Source of the DNA: Anaerolineales bacterium
GTDB taxonomy: Bacteria; Chloroflexota; Anaerolineae; Anaerolineales; RBG-16-64-43
Assembly (NCBI GenBank): GCA_035288225.1
Contig: DATEAT010000007.1
Location: forward strand, 4,828 to 68,827
Reading direction: 5' to 3'
DNA length: 64,000 nucleotides
In this document: positions 53,948 to 62,677 of the stretch, piece by piece
Layout of the letters: each line of letters starts with the position of its first letter
Numbering within the stretch: the stretch's first letter is position 1
Made by a program: the position numbers and the translations under genes
Notes under the pieces: model-generated
The model's database searches: none
The model's input: only the letters and a program-made list of their open reading frames with translations
Told to the model about the DNA's origin: nothing

Positions 53948-55323
53948 GCCTGCGCGAGCTTCCCTCGGTTGATGTGCTTCTACAGCAGCCCCACACGCGC
54001 CGCCTGACCGAGGCCTACGGGCGCGATCTCACCCTGGATGCGTTGCGCAGCGCGCTGCAAGGCGCGCGGGATGCCGTACGCGCCGGGCAACCCGTTCCAT
54101 CGGCCGAGGTGCTCCTCGAAAGCGCACAGCGGAACCTGGCCGAGTGGACCGCTCCCAGCCTGGTGCCGGTGATCAATGCCACCGGCGTCATCCTGCACAC
54201 CAACCTCGGCCGCGCGCCGCTCAGCGCCTCCGCCCTGCGCGCCATGCTGCAGGTGGCACAGGGCTACGCCACCCTCGAATACGACCTGCCCTCCGGCCAG
54301 CGCGGCACGCGCACGGCGCATGCCGAACGATTGCTCACCCGCCTCACCGGCGCTGAAGCCGCACTGGTCGTCAACAACAATGCCGGGGCCGTCCTGCTCG
54401 CGCTCACTGCCCTCGCCAAGGGGCGCGAGGTGATCATTGCCCGCTCGCAGCTGGTCGAGGTTGGCGGGGGGTTCCGCATCCCGGACGTCATGCGCCAGTC
54501 GGGCGCGCGCCTGGTCGAGGTGGGTACAAGCAATCGCACGCACCCGGCCGACTTCAAAGAAGCACTCGGCGCGCGCACAGCAATGCTGCTGCGTGCGCAC
54601 CATTCGAACTTCCGCCTGGTCGGGTTCACGAGTGAGCCGACACTGGCCGAGATGGCGGAGGTGGCGGCGGCACATCAGGTGCCTGTGGTGGACGACCTGG
54701 GCTCGGGTGCGCTGCTCGATACCGCGGCCTTCGGATTGGGCCACGAACCCATGGTCCAGGAATCGCTCGCGGCGGGCGCGGCGCTGGTGATGTTCTCGGG
54801 CGATAAACTGCTGGGCGGCCCGCAAGCTGGAATCCTGGTCGGGCACGAGGCGTTGATGGCACGCCTGCGCAAGCATCCGCTGGCGCGCGCGCTGCGCGCC
54901 GACAAGTTGTGCCTGGCGGCGCTGGAAGCCACGCTGCTCCACTATGCCCGCGGCGAGGCCCTTCAGGCGCTGCCCGTGTGGCAGATGATCGCCGCGCCGC
55001 TCACCACGCTGCGCGTGCGCGCCGAGCGCTGGGCGGCCGAGCTCGGACAGGGACAGGCGATCGAGAGCCGCTCCACCGTGGGCGGTGGCAGCCTGCCCGA
55101 AGAAACGCTGCCCACCTGGGCGCTGGCCCTTACGCTGCCCAAGCCGCAGACGGTGCTCGCGCGCCTTCGCCAGGCGAGCCCGCCGATCATCGCCCGCGTG
55201 GAGGAGCAGCGCGTGCTGCTCGACCCGCGCACCGTTTTGCCGGATCAGGATGAGATGCTCCTGCGCCAGCTGGCCGAGGTGCTCGCGGCCTCCACGACTA
55301 CACAGACAGGGAAGGCGTCATGA
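53944..55323 (+). CDS. selA: L-seryl-tRNA(Sec) selenium transferase
   Basis: VINATGVILHTNLGRAPL, LEYDL..G.RG.R, ALVVNNNAGAVLLAL and FSGDKLLGGPQAGILVG (PLP lysine). Confidence 0.88.
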   Translation: MSLRELPSVDVLLQQPHTRRLTEAYGRDLTLDALRSALQGARDAVRAGQPVPSAEVLLESAQRNLAEWTAPSLVPVINATGVILHTNLGRAPLSASALRAMLQVAQGYATLEYDLPSGQRGTRTAHAERLLTRLTGAEAALVVNNNAGAVLLALTALAKGREVIIARSQLVEVGGGFRIPDVMRQSGARLVEVGTSNRTHPADFKEALGARTAMLLRAHHSNFRLVGFTSEPTLAEMAEVAAAHQVPVVDDLGSGALLDTAAFGLGHEPMVQESLAAGAALVMFSGDKLLGGPQAGILVGHEALMARLRKHPLARALRADKLCLAALEATLLHYARGEALQALPVWQMIAAPLTTLRVRAERWAAELGQGQAIESRSTVGGGSLPEETLPTWALALTLPKPQTVLARLRQASPPIIARVEEQRVLLDPRTVLPDQDEMLLRQLAEVLAASTTTQTGKAS

Positions 55324-56657
55324 AATCGGACCTCGATCGGTTGATGGGCGAACGCAACCTCGACGGCCTGTGGGTCACCGGCCCGGGATTGCACAACCCG
55401 GCCATGAGCTATTTCACCGGCCTCGCGCATCTCACCCGCGCCGACCTGGTGAAGCCGCGCGGGCAGGAACCCGTGCTCTACTACTTCGCGATGGAACGCG
55501 ACAACGCGATAGCCACCGGGCTGCGCACCAAGAATATCAACGACTACGACCCGCTGCGCCTGCTGCGCGAGGCGCGCGGCAACCGGGCGCGCGCCATGGC
55601 CGCTCGACTTAAGCTCAGTTTTGAAGATCTCGGCTTGCGCGGGCGGGTCGGCGTCTACGGCACGGTGGATGCTGCGCTGCCATTGGCCGTGGCGAAGGAA
55701 TTACATTCGCACATGCCCGAGGTGACGCTGGTCGGCGAGGGTGAAGACACGCTGCTCATCGCCGCGCGCGCCACCAAGGACGAGGCGGAGATCGAGCGCA
55801 TCCGCCAGGTGGGGCGCGCCACAACCGCCGTCATGGCGCGCACCGCCGAATACCTCACCACGCGCCGCGTGCGCGGGGATATGCTCCTTCGCGAAGACGG
55901 CCAGGTGCTGGCCGTGCGCGATGTCAAGGCGCGCATCAAGGCCTGGTGTATGGAACTCGGTCTGGAAGACAGCGAAGGAGTCATTTTCGCCATCGGGCGC
56001 GACGGCGGCGTACCACACTCCAGCGGCAAGCCGGACGATCCGATTCGCACCGGCCAGCCGATCGTGTTCGACTTCTTCCCGCAGGAGAGTGGCGGGGGCT
56101 ACTTCTACGACATCACCCGCACCTGGTGCCTGGATCATGCGCCGCAGGAGGTCGAAGAACTCTACCGGCAGGTGCAGGGCGCCTATCAACTGGCACTCGA
56201 CAGCTTCACACCCGGCATGCTGTGCCGGTTTGCCCAGCGCCGTGTGTGCGAGTACTTCGAAGCCCTGGGACACCCGACCTTGCTCAGCAACACGACGACC
56301 GAGGTGGGTTATGTGCATACACTGGGGCACGGGGTCGGGCTGAACATTCACGAGAGCCCGGCCTTCGCCGACATCGAGCAGAACAACGACCGGCTCGAGC
56401 CGGGTATGGTTTTCACCCTCGAGCCAGGGTTGTACTACCCGGAGCGTGGAATGGGCGTGCGCCTGGAGGACACTTTGGTCATCGGACGCGACGCGCAGAT
56501 CGAGGTGCTGGCGGAGTATCCGATGGACTTGGTGCTGCCGATGCGCAAAGCTGTGCGGGCGGGCGCCTCGCGCGCCAAGCCTGCCAAGCCTCCCTCGGCC
56601 AAGCCCGCCCGCACGATCAAACGCGCAACCGGGCGCGCCAAACCACGCCGCCGCTGA
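55320..56657 (+). CDS. M24-family Xaa-Pro peptidase / aminopeptidase P-like
   Basis: DFF..GGYFYDITRT, GHGVGLNIHE, VFTLEPGLY and RLEDT metal-ligand pattern. ATGA overlap with selA. Confidence 0.8.
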   Translation: MKSDLDRLMGERNLDGLWVTGPGLHNPAMSYFTGLAHLTRADLVKPRGQEPVLYYFAMERDNAIATGLRTKNINDYDPLRLLREARGNRARAMAARLKLSFEDLGLRGRVGVYGTVDAALPLAVAKELHSHMPEVTLVGEGEDTLLIAARATKDEAEIERIRQVGRATTAVMARTAEYLTTRRVRGDMLLREDGQVLAVRDVKARIKAWCMELGLEDSEGVIFAIGRDGGVPHSSGKPDDPIRTGQPIVFDFFPQESGGGYFYDITRTWCLDHAPQEVEELYRQVQGAYQLALDSFTPGMLCRFAQRRVCEYFEALGHPTLLSNTTTEVGYVHTLGHGVGLNIHESPAFADIEQNNDRLEPGMVFTLEPGLYYPERGMGVRLEDTLVIGRDAQIEVLAEYPMDLVLPMRKAVRAGASRAKPAKPPSAKPARTIKRATGRAKPRRR

Positions 56658-56683
56658 TCCCCTGCGCCGAATGAGTGCCGCCG

Positions 56684-57754
56684 ATGCCTGAGAAGAAGAG
56701 CAAAGGAAGACCTGACCCCGTCCGTGTGCTGGGCATCGAAACCTCGTGCGACGAGACCGCGGCTGCGGTCGTCGAGGACGGTCGCATCATCCATTCCAAC
56801 ATCATCGCCTCCCAGGTTGAACTGCACGCGCCCTACGGAGGCGTCTTCCCCGAAGTCGCTGCGCGCCGTCACATCGAGGTCATCGGGCCGGTCATCACAC
56901 AGGCGCTGAGCCAGGCCCACATTGGCGTGAGCGACCTGGATGCCATTGCCGCCACGCGCGGCCCGGGCCTGGCCGGGTCGTTGGTCATCGGGCTGAACGC
57001 GGCCAAAGGCCTGGCGCTGGCCGCCGGGCTGCCGCTGATCGGAGTCAACCATCTCGAGGCGCATCTCTATTCGCTCTTGCTCCTCGACGACACCCATCCG
57101 GTGACCTTCCCGGTGGTGTGCCTGATCGTGTCGGGCGGGCATACCGAGATCATCCTCATGCTCGATCACGGCCGCTACCGCCGATTGGGCGCGACCCTGG
57201 ATGATGCGGCCGGAGAGGCTTTCGACAAGGTGGCTCGCCTGCTGGGCCTGCCTTATCCCGGCGGCCCGGTCATCGAACAGGTGGCGCGCAACGGGCGGGC
57301 CGAAGCCTACCGCTTCCCGCGCGCCTGGTTGGAGGGAACTTATGACTTCAGCTTCAGCGGCCTAAAGACCGCCGTGCTGCGTGTGGTGCGCAAGCTGCAA
57401 CCCGAACTGAAGGCAGGCCTCGAGCCGCCGCGGGCCGGGTTGCCCATCCCCGATCTGGCGGCGTCCTTCCAGGCCGCCGTGGTGGACGTGCTGGTGACCA
57501 AGGCGGTGCAAGCGGTGAAAGAGTTCGAAGCGACGCAGCTCTTCGTGGCGGGCGGGGTCTCGGCCAACGTCGCCTTGCGCGAGGCGCTGCGCGCCGCTTC
57601 GCCTTGCCCGGTGCGCACTCCCACGCCCGATCTGTGCACCGACAATGCCGCGATGATTGCCGCCGCCGGCACAGCGCGCTTCCTCGCCGGGCAACGCGAT
57701 TCCATGGATATCGACGTTTTGCCTGGGTGGACGCTGGAGACTCTCAGTGGGTAA
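56684..57754 (+). CDS. tsaD: tRNA N6-adenosine threonylcarbamoyltransferase
   Basis: VLGIETSCDETAAAVV, GGVFPEVAARRH, SGGHTE and VAGGVSAN. Start is either ATG 56684 or GTG 56675. Confidence 0.88.
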   Translation: MPEKKSKGRPDPVRVLGIETSCDETAAAVVEDGRIIHSNIIASQVELHAPYGGVFPEVAARRHIEVIGPVITQALSQAHIGVSDLDAIAATRGPGLAGSLVIGLNAAKGLALAAGLPLIGVNHLEAHLYSLLLLDDTHPVTFPVVCLIVSGGHTEIILMLDHGRYRRLGATLDDAAGEAFDKVARLLGLPYPGGPVIEQVARNGRAEAYRFPRAWLEGTYDFSFSGLKTAVLRVVRKLQPELKAGLEPPRAGLPIPDLAASFQAAVVDVLVTKAVQAVKEFEATQLFVAGGVSANVALREALRAASPCPVRTPTPDLCTDNAAMIAAAGTARFLAGQRDSMDIDVLPGWTLETLSG

Positions 57755-57772
57755 GACGTAGGGCGATCGGCA

Positions 57773-57801
57773 TTGACACGCCCTGCGCGAGGTTTTATAC
57801 T
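57773..57801 (+). promoter_or_regulatory. Near-consensus sigma-70 promoter TTGACA-17 nt-TATACT
   Basis: Read directly. It lies 19 nt downstream of the tsaD stop. Confidence 0.6.
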
Positions 57802-57835
57802 TGAGAGGCAAGCTGGAACGAGGAGGAAAACCGCC

Positions 57836-57874
57836 ATGAGCGGTCTGGCACACGGCACGAGGCTCACCGGCTGA
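57836..57874 (+). CDS. Possible 12-codon leader ORF (MSGLAHGTRLTG)
   Basis: ATG lies 9 nt after GAGGAGG. It ends 3 nt before the terminator-like hairpin. No homology evidence. Confidence 0.25.
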   Translation: MSGLAHGTRLTG

Positions 57875-57877
57875 CGA

Positions 57878-57905
57878 GGCACCGGGTCTCCCCGCGTGCC
57901 TTTTT
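57878..57905 (+). terminator. Terminator/attenuator-like hairpin GGCACCGGG tctc CCCGCGTGCC + TTTTTGTTT
   Basis: Read directly. GTGCC can alternatively pair with two upstream GGCAC copies (57847-57851 and 57854-57858). Confidence 0.5.
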
Positions 57906-57935
57906 GTTTCTTATCACCTTCCAAGGAGCCCGCGA

Positions 57936-58178
57936 ATGGACTATGGGATGATCGGCAAGATCGACAAGGCCAAGCGTTACGCCCAGGAGCCAGAGCGGTT
58001 CCACTTCGACGCCTTTGCACTAGTATTCCACGGCGATAACAACGATCACAAGCTGAGCTATGCGCAGGGCAAATGGGATTGCGATTGTGAGTTCTTCAAA
58101 CGGCGCGGCGTGTGCAGCCACACCATGGCGCTGGAACGCATGCTGGAGAAGATGCTGGCGGTGAAGGAAGCCGTTTAG
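57936..58178 (+). CDS. Small SWIM zinc-finger protein
   Basis: CDCEFFKRRGVCSHTMA fits the CxCxnCxH SWIM signature. ATG follows AAGGAG. Confidence 0.6.
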   Translation: MDYGMIGKIDKAKRYAQEPERFHFDAFALVFHGDNNDHKLSYAQGKWDCDCEFFKRRGVCSHTMALERMLEKMLAVKEAV

Positions 58179-58268
58179 CCGCGGCACTCGCGGGGCCGCC
58201 GACCTCGGTGCGCCTGCGCGCCGCTTGCGGGCGGCGTGTGCCTACGAACGTAAAGCATTCGTGAATCA

Positions 58269-58305
58269 AAGGACGAACGCCGACGGCGTTCGTCCTTCTT
58301 CTTTG
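58269..58305. terminator. Rho-independent terminator (13-bp stem AAGGACGAACGCC / GGCGTTCGTCCTT + CTTCTTTG)
   Basis: Read directly. Lies between the convergent SWIM gene and ccmD. Confidence 0.7.
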
Positions 58306-58336
58306 TGGATGTGCTGCACGCCGATCCCGGCGCGGG

Positions 58337-58498
58337 CTACTTCTTCTCCCCCCGTTCGACCTCAGCCAGCCAACGTTCCTCGCGCGCCAGCGCGCGCCAG
58401 CGCACCATCAGGCTGATCACATACAGCAGCAGCCCGCCCAGGATGACGGTGTAGCCCGCAATCAAGTAGGCTCGGGTGTCGGGAATCGTTTCAATCAT
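58337..58498 (-). CDS. ccmD: Heme exporter protein D (53 aa; not in the ORF track)
   Basis: My translation: MIETIPDTRAYLIAGYTVILGGLLLYVISLMVRWRALAREERWLAEVERGEKK. Single TM helix. ATG lies 2 nt after GAGGAGGCG, directly downstream of ccmC. Confidence 0.6.
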   Translation of the reverse strand: MIETIPDTRAYLIAGYTVILGGLLLYVISLMVRWRALAREERWLAEVERGEKK

Positions 58499-58507
58499 TG
58501 CGCCTCC

Positions 58508-59215
58508 TCAGGCCGCGGCCAGTTCCGCGCGGCGCATCTCGAGCGCTTCCGCGCGACGCGCCAGGCGCACCCGATGCAGGAGCAGCGCGAAGTACAGCAC
58601 CGAGAACGCCAGCAAGCTGATCATGAAGGTCTGCAGCATGGGCGGGGTCATGTCGAAGGCGCCTTGCGCCGCGGCATCGCCCGAGCCGATGACCACCGGA
58701 TGGATTGTGCGCAGAAAGCGGATCGAGAGAAAAGTGATCGGCACGGTGAGCACGCCGACGATGGCATACACCGCACCGAAGCGCGCTCGGCGCTCGGGGT
58801 CTTCGACCCCCTGGCGCAGGAGCACGTAGGCGGCGTAGACCAGCTCCATGATGGTGGTCGTCACCAGGCGCGGATCCCAGGTCCACCAAGTGTTCCACAC
58901 CGGGCGCGCCCAGATCGACCCGCTGAGAATGGCGATCAGGCCAAACACCATGCCGATCTCCACCGACGACACGCCGACCAAATCCCAGGTGCGGGTGCGC
59001 CGCATGAGGTAGGTCACGCCGGCCACGGCCGCCACCACAAATGACAACATGCCCACCCAGGCTGAGGCCACGTGGAAATAGAACACGCGCTGCACCTCGC
59101 CCATCACGCGCTCGCGCGGGGCGTAAAGAAAGACCAGGCAACCCGCGGCCAGCACGAGCAGGATGGCGGCTGCGGTCAGGATCTTCAGCCCGAGCGACAT
59201 CTTCTGATCAGTCAT
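58508..59215 (-). CDS. ccmC: Heme exporter protein C
   Basis: WARPVWNTWWTWDPRL (WGxxWxWD-type tryptophan-rich motif) and conserved His in FYFHV. Start set at ATG 59215 (MTDQK..). Confidence 0.85.
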   Translation of the reverse strand: MTDQKMSLGLKILTAAAILLVLAAGCLVFLYAPRERVMGEVQRVFYFHVASAWVGMLSFVVAAVAGVTYLMRRTRTWDLVGVSSVEIGMVFGLIAILSGSIWARPVWNTWWTWDPRLVTTTIMELVYAAYVLLRQGVEDPERRARFGAVYAIVGVLTVPITFLSIRFLRTIHPVVIGSGDAAAQGAFDMTPPMLQTFMISLLAFSVLYFALLLHRVRLARRAEALEMRRAELAAA

Positions 59216-59261
59216 CCTCGCCTCCCTTGACCCGTCGATCGCCCTCCACGCGGCGATCGTC

Positions 59262-59978
59262 CTATTCCTCCACCACGAAGTCGAACACCATATAGCCCGC
59301 CGCAACGAAGATCACATCGCAGGCAATGAGCAGGTTGAGCCACGGCCAGATCTCCTCCATGGGCACGCCCTGGAGCACGCCGGTGCTTGCCTTGACGGCA
59401 GAGATGATTACCGGCAGCACGACCGGGAAAAGCAGGATCGGCAGCAGCACGTCGCGCGTGCGTGCCTGCACGGCCATCGCAGAAAGCAGCGTGCCCAGTG
59501 CGACGTAGCCGACCGAGCCAAGTGCCACCACCAGAAGCAACAGAGGCTGGAACAGGTTGACGTTGTACAGCGCGCTGTAGACCGGCAGGACGAGAATCTC
59601 CATGATGGCCATGAAGACCAGGTTGCCCAGCGCCTTGCCGAAATAGATGGCGCTGCGGTCGACCGGCGCCAGCAGCAGTCCCTCCAGGCAGCCCCCGTCG
59701 CGCTCGAGGGCCAGCGAGCGGTTGAGGCCGAGCGTTCCGGCGAAAGCAAAGGTGACCCACAACACGCCGGCGGTCACGCTCTGGCGCGCGCGCACATCCA
59801 GCTCGAGGGCGAAGTTGAATACCAGCACGACCAGCAGCGCGAATACCAGCATGCCGCTGATCAGCTCTTTGCTGCGCAACTCGGCGGCCAGATCTTTCCA
59901 CACAATGGCGGCCACGGCGCGCACGAACCCGCCGCGCGCAGTGCGCGCTATGGGCAGGGCGCGCTCACCGGCGGGCAT
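59262..59978 (-). CDS. ccmB: Heme exporter protein B
   Basis: Six-TM ABC permease pattern between ccmA and ccmC. Start chosen at ATG 59978, overlapping the ccmA stop by 14 nt. Confidence 0.7.
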   Translation of the reverse strand: MPAGERALPIARTARGGFVRAVAAIVWKDLAAELRSKELISGMLVFALLVVLVFNFALELDVRARQSVTAGVLWVTFAFAGTLGLNRSLALERDGGCLEGLLLAPVDRSAIYFGKALGNLVFMAIMEILVLPVYSALYNVNLFQPLLLLVVALGSVGYVALGTLLSAMAVQARTRDVLLPILLFPVVLPVIISAVKASTGVLQGVPMEEIWPWLNLLIACDVIFVAAGYMVFDFVVEE

Positions 59979-60672
59979 TGACCGCCTCCTGGTAGAGCGA
60001 GGGCAGCCGGTCGAGGGCGAACTCGCCGCGCCGCCAACTGGCGGCAATCGCGCCGCGCGAGAGCACATCCACGCGATCCCCGAGCGCGGCGGCACGCAGC
60101 AAATCGTGCGAGGTCATCACGATCGTGCGCCCGGCGGCAGAGGTGGCCCGCAGCAGATCATCCAGCAGCTCGCCGGCCTGCTGATCGAGGCCGGTGTAGG
60201 GCTCGTCGAAGAGCAGTACCTGCGGTTCGTGCAACAGGGCGCGCGCCAGCGAGAGACGCTGCTGCATCCCCCGCGAGAAGGAACGAACCGGGTCGCGCCG
60301 GCGCGCCGCCAGACCCACCTGGTCGAGGGCTTTCTCCACACGCGCCTCGAGATCAACGAGCCCGTACATTCGCCCGTAGAAGCGCAGATTCTGTTCGGCC
60401 GAGAGGTCGCCGTACAGCAAAGGCTGGTGCGACAGCACGCCGATGCGCCGGCGCACCTCGGCGGCCTCCTGCGGCAGGCGGCACCCGGCCACGCGCACTT
60501 CGCCGAAGGCGGGGCGCACCAGGGAGGCCAAGATGCGAATGAGGGTCGTCTTGCCGGCCCCATTCGGTCCGAGCAAAACGACGAACTCGCCCGCCGCGAC
60601 CCGGAAGTTGAGCTTGCGCAGCACCACGCGCGGGCCGAAGGCCTTGGTAAGGTTGCGCACCTCGATGGTCAT
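59965..60672 (-). CDS. ccmA: Heme ABC exporter ATP-binding protein
   Basis: Walker A (LLGPNGAGKTT), signature (FSRGMQQRLSLARAL) and Walker B (LLFDEP). ATGA overlap with the upstream cytochrome gene. Confidence 0.8.
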   Translation of the reverse strand: MTIEVRNLTKAFGPRVVLRKLNFRVAAGEFVVLLGPNGAGKTTLIRILASLVRPAFGEVRVAGCRLPQEAAEVRRRIGVLSHQPLLYGDLSAEQNLRFYGRMYGLVDLEARVEKALDQVGLAARRRDPVRSFSRGMQQRLSLARALLHEPQVLLFDEPYTGLDQQAGELLDDLLRATSAAGRTIVMTSHDLLRAAALGDRVDVLSRGAIAASWRRGEFALDRLPSLYQEAVNARR

Positions 60673-62555
60673 GGCGTCTTGCCATCCTCGAGTTCCATCA
60701 GCCGTTCCTTGAGGGCTGCGCGGCGGGTTGTGTACTCGCTCTCCTTCACCCGGCCGGCCTGATTGTCGTCATCCAGATCGGCGAGAGATTGGAGCAGCTT
60801 CTCGCGTTCCTCGTGTGGCCCGGCCTCATCATCCGCCCCAGCGTCATCATCGCGGCGCGAGCGCCACCAGCCCCACAGGCCGGCGCCGATCAGCACCCCA
60901 CCTAGCACCACGGCTGCGATGATTAGTTCGTTGCCCTCCGCGCCCGCGGCGTTCGAGGCAGCCGCCGGTTTGCCCGCGAGCGTGAGGGTCAGCGTCTGTC
61001 CTGCGGCCAGCGCGCCGCCGGAATACGTGCGGTAGGCCACGCCCTCGATCTGGCGCACCCCGGAGTCCTGCAGTGCCTCGCTCTCCACGCGCATCCCGTC
61101 GGGCACGACGATGATTTCGCCCGAGACCGGATAGCGAACCGGGAACTCCAACTTAGCGCTGCGCGTGTAAGGAATATCAAACGAGAACACGACCTGGTGC
61201 GAGCCCTGGCCGGGGATCACCGCCAGCGTATCGGCAAACCCTGTCTCAGTCTGGATGTAGCGTCCGCCCAGTTCACCCTCTTGCATCTGCAGGTTGACCG
61301 CGGCCTTAGGCAAATCGAAGAACAGTGTGCCCTCGCCTGTGCCGGCGGCCGCCAGCGCGTGCGAATCTGAATTCGAAAGGAGCGCCAGTGCGCCGACGCG
61401 CACCACATCCTGGCCAGCCACGGGCTCGAGGAAGAGGTGTAGGCGGTCGATGCTGATACCCGTCGCGTCGCGGGTGGTGTCGTAGAGGGTGACGTTCAAC
61501 TCGAGCGTGCTCTCGCCAGCAAGGGCTTGCGCCACCTCCGAGAAGTACGACACGCCGAGGTAGTCTGCTTCGATGATCACCGCACGCTGCGGCGAGAATT
61601 CCACGCCATCGAATTGGAAGCGGCCTTGGCTGTCGGTCTGCCCGGTGAGAGGATCCAATTCCTGCGTCCCCTCAAAGCGGCGCAGCGAGATCGCGAGATT
61701 CGCCATGGGCTGCTGGGTGGTGCCGTTGAGCACCTTCCCGCTGACCTCAGCCACGGCTGAGATGCCCTCCGGCAATGTGGCGGCCGGCGTCTCGCTGCCA
61801 GCCAGGTCCGTCGCGATCGCGACGACCGAGCCGGGTGTGTAGCTCAGGCTGCGTACAAAGCTCACCAGGCTCCACCGTTCATCATCGCTGAGGGTCGTGC
61901 CAAGGGCGGGCATGCCTTGTACGTTGCCCTCGCCGATCAGGGTGAAGATGTCTTGCGCGCTGCGTTCGACCAAGGTCTGCGGCTGGCGCAAATCGCGCAG
62001 AGGAACTGTAACCGTGCCGGGCTGTGCACTATCGCCGGCGCCCTCGGGCCCATGGCACTCGGCGCAGCGGGCCTCGAAAAGTGCACGCGCTGGTTGGAGA
62101 TCATTCGCACCTTGTGAGAGCGACATTGCATAGTAGGTCACGTTCCAGCGTTCAGCTGCGGTCAGGGCATTGCCGAAGGGCGGCATGAAGCGCGGCATAT
62201 TGCCGACGGTGATCATGCTGAACCATTCGAGGGGCACAGCCGTGCGCCCAAGCTCGATGCTGCCGATCGCCGCGGGCGGATTCGAAAGCTGTGTGGCAAG
62301 CTCACCGTCGCCCAGGCCGCGCTCGCCATGGCATGCTGCGCAGCGGTCGAGAAAGATCGCGCGGCCTGCCTGCAGGTCGATCGATGGCGGCGGCTCAACC
62401 GGCTCGGGCGTGGCAGAGGGCCCAGGTGTGGGAGGTATTTCCGTCGCGGACGAGGCCGTCGCGGCGGCGGGCCGGGCGAGCCCGGGCGGCGGCGTGATGT
62501 CTTCCGAGAGCGAGCATCCCGCCAGCCCAAGAGGAAGGAGGATGGCCAAGGCCAT
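60669..62555 (-). CDS. Diheme c-type cytochrome lipoprotein with beta-sandwich region, C-terminal TM helix and cytoplasmic coiled tail
   Basis: Lipobox LAGC. Two CxxCH sites (CAACH, CAECH). TM helix LIIAAVVLGGVLIGAGLWGWW. Start is uncertain: ATG at 62555, while the ORF track extends to 62765. Confidence 0.65.
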   Translation of the reverse strand: MALAILLPLGLAGCSLSEDITPPPGLARPAAATASSATEIPPTPGPSATPEPVEPPPSIDLQAGRAIFLDRCAACHGERGLGDGELATQLSNPPAAIGSIELGRTAVPLEWFSMITVGNMPRFMPPFGNALTAAERWNVTYYAMSLSQGANDLQPARALFEARCAECHGPEGAGDSAQPGTVTVPLRDLRQPQTLVERSAQDIFTLIGEGNVQGMPALGTTLSDDERWSLVSFVRSLSYTPGSVVAIATDLAGSETPAATLPEGISAVAEVSGKVLNGTTQQPMANLAISLRRFEGTQELDPLTGQTDSQGRFQFDGVEFSPQRAVIIEADYLGVSYFSEVAQALAGESTLELNVTLYDTTRDATGISIDRLHLFLEPVAGQDVVRVGALALLSNSDSHALAAAGTGEGTLFFDLPKAAVNLQMQEGELGGRYIQTETGFADTLAVIPGQGSHQVVFSFDIPYTRSAKLEFPVRYPVSGEIIVVPDGMRVESEALQDSGVRQIEGVAYRTYSGGALAAGQTLTLTLAGKPAAASNAAGAEGNELIIAAVVLGGVLIGAGLWGWWRSRRDDDAGADDEAGPHEEREKLLQSLADLDDDNQAGRVKESEYTTRRAALKERLMELEDGKTP

Positions 62556-62677
62556 AACGGCGAGAGGTCTACCGCGCGGCAGCGCCCGCTCGCGGCGCGG
62601 GCCGCCGGATCGGTCGTGTGCAGAGGGATGGCTTTGATGAAGGAAAGGCACGGGAAACCTCGCTCGAGAGCGTTCGA

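Noticed and set aside
57806-57905. The promoter-to-terminator unit as SRP (4.5S) RNA or tRNA-Sec.
   Set aside because: There is no GGAAGCAGC-type SRP domain IV motif, no cloverleaf and no UCA anticodon loop. I kept it only as an unclassified leader or sRNA candidate.
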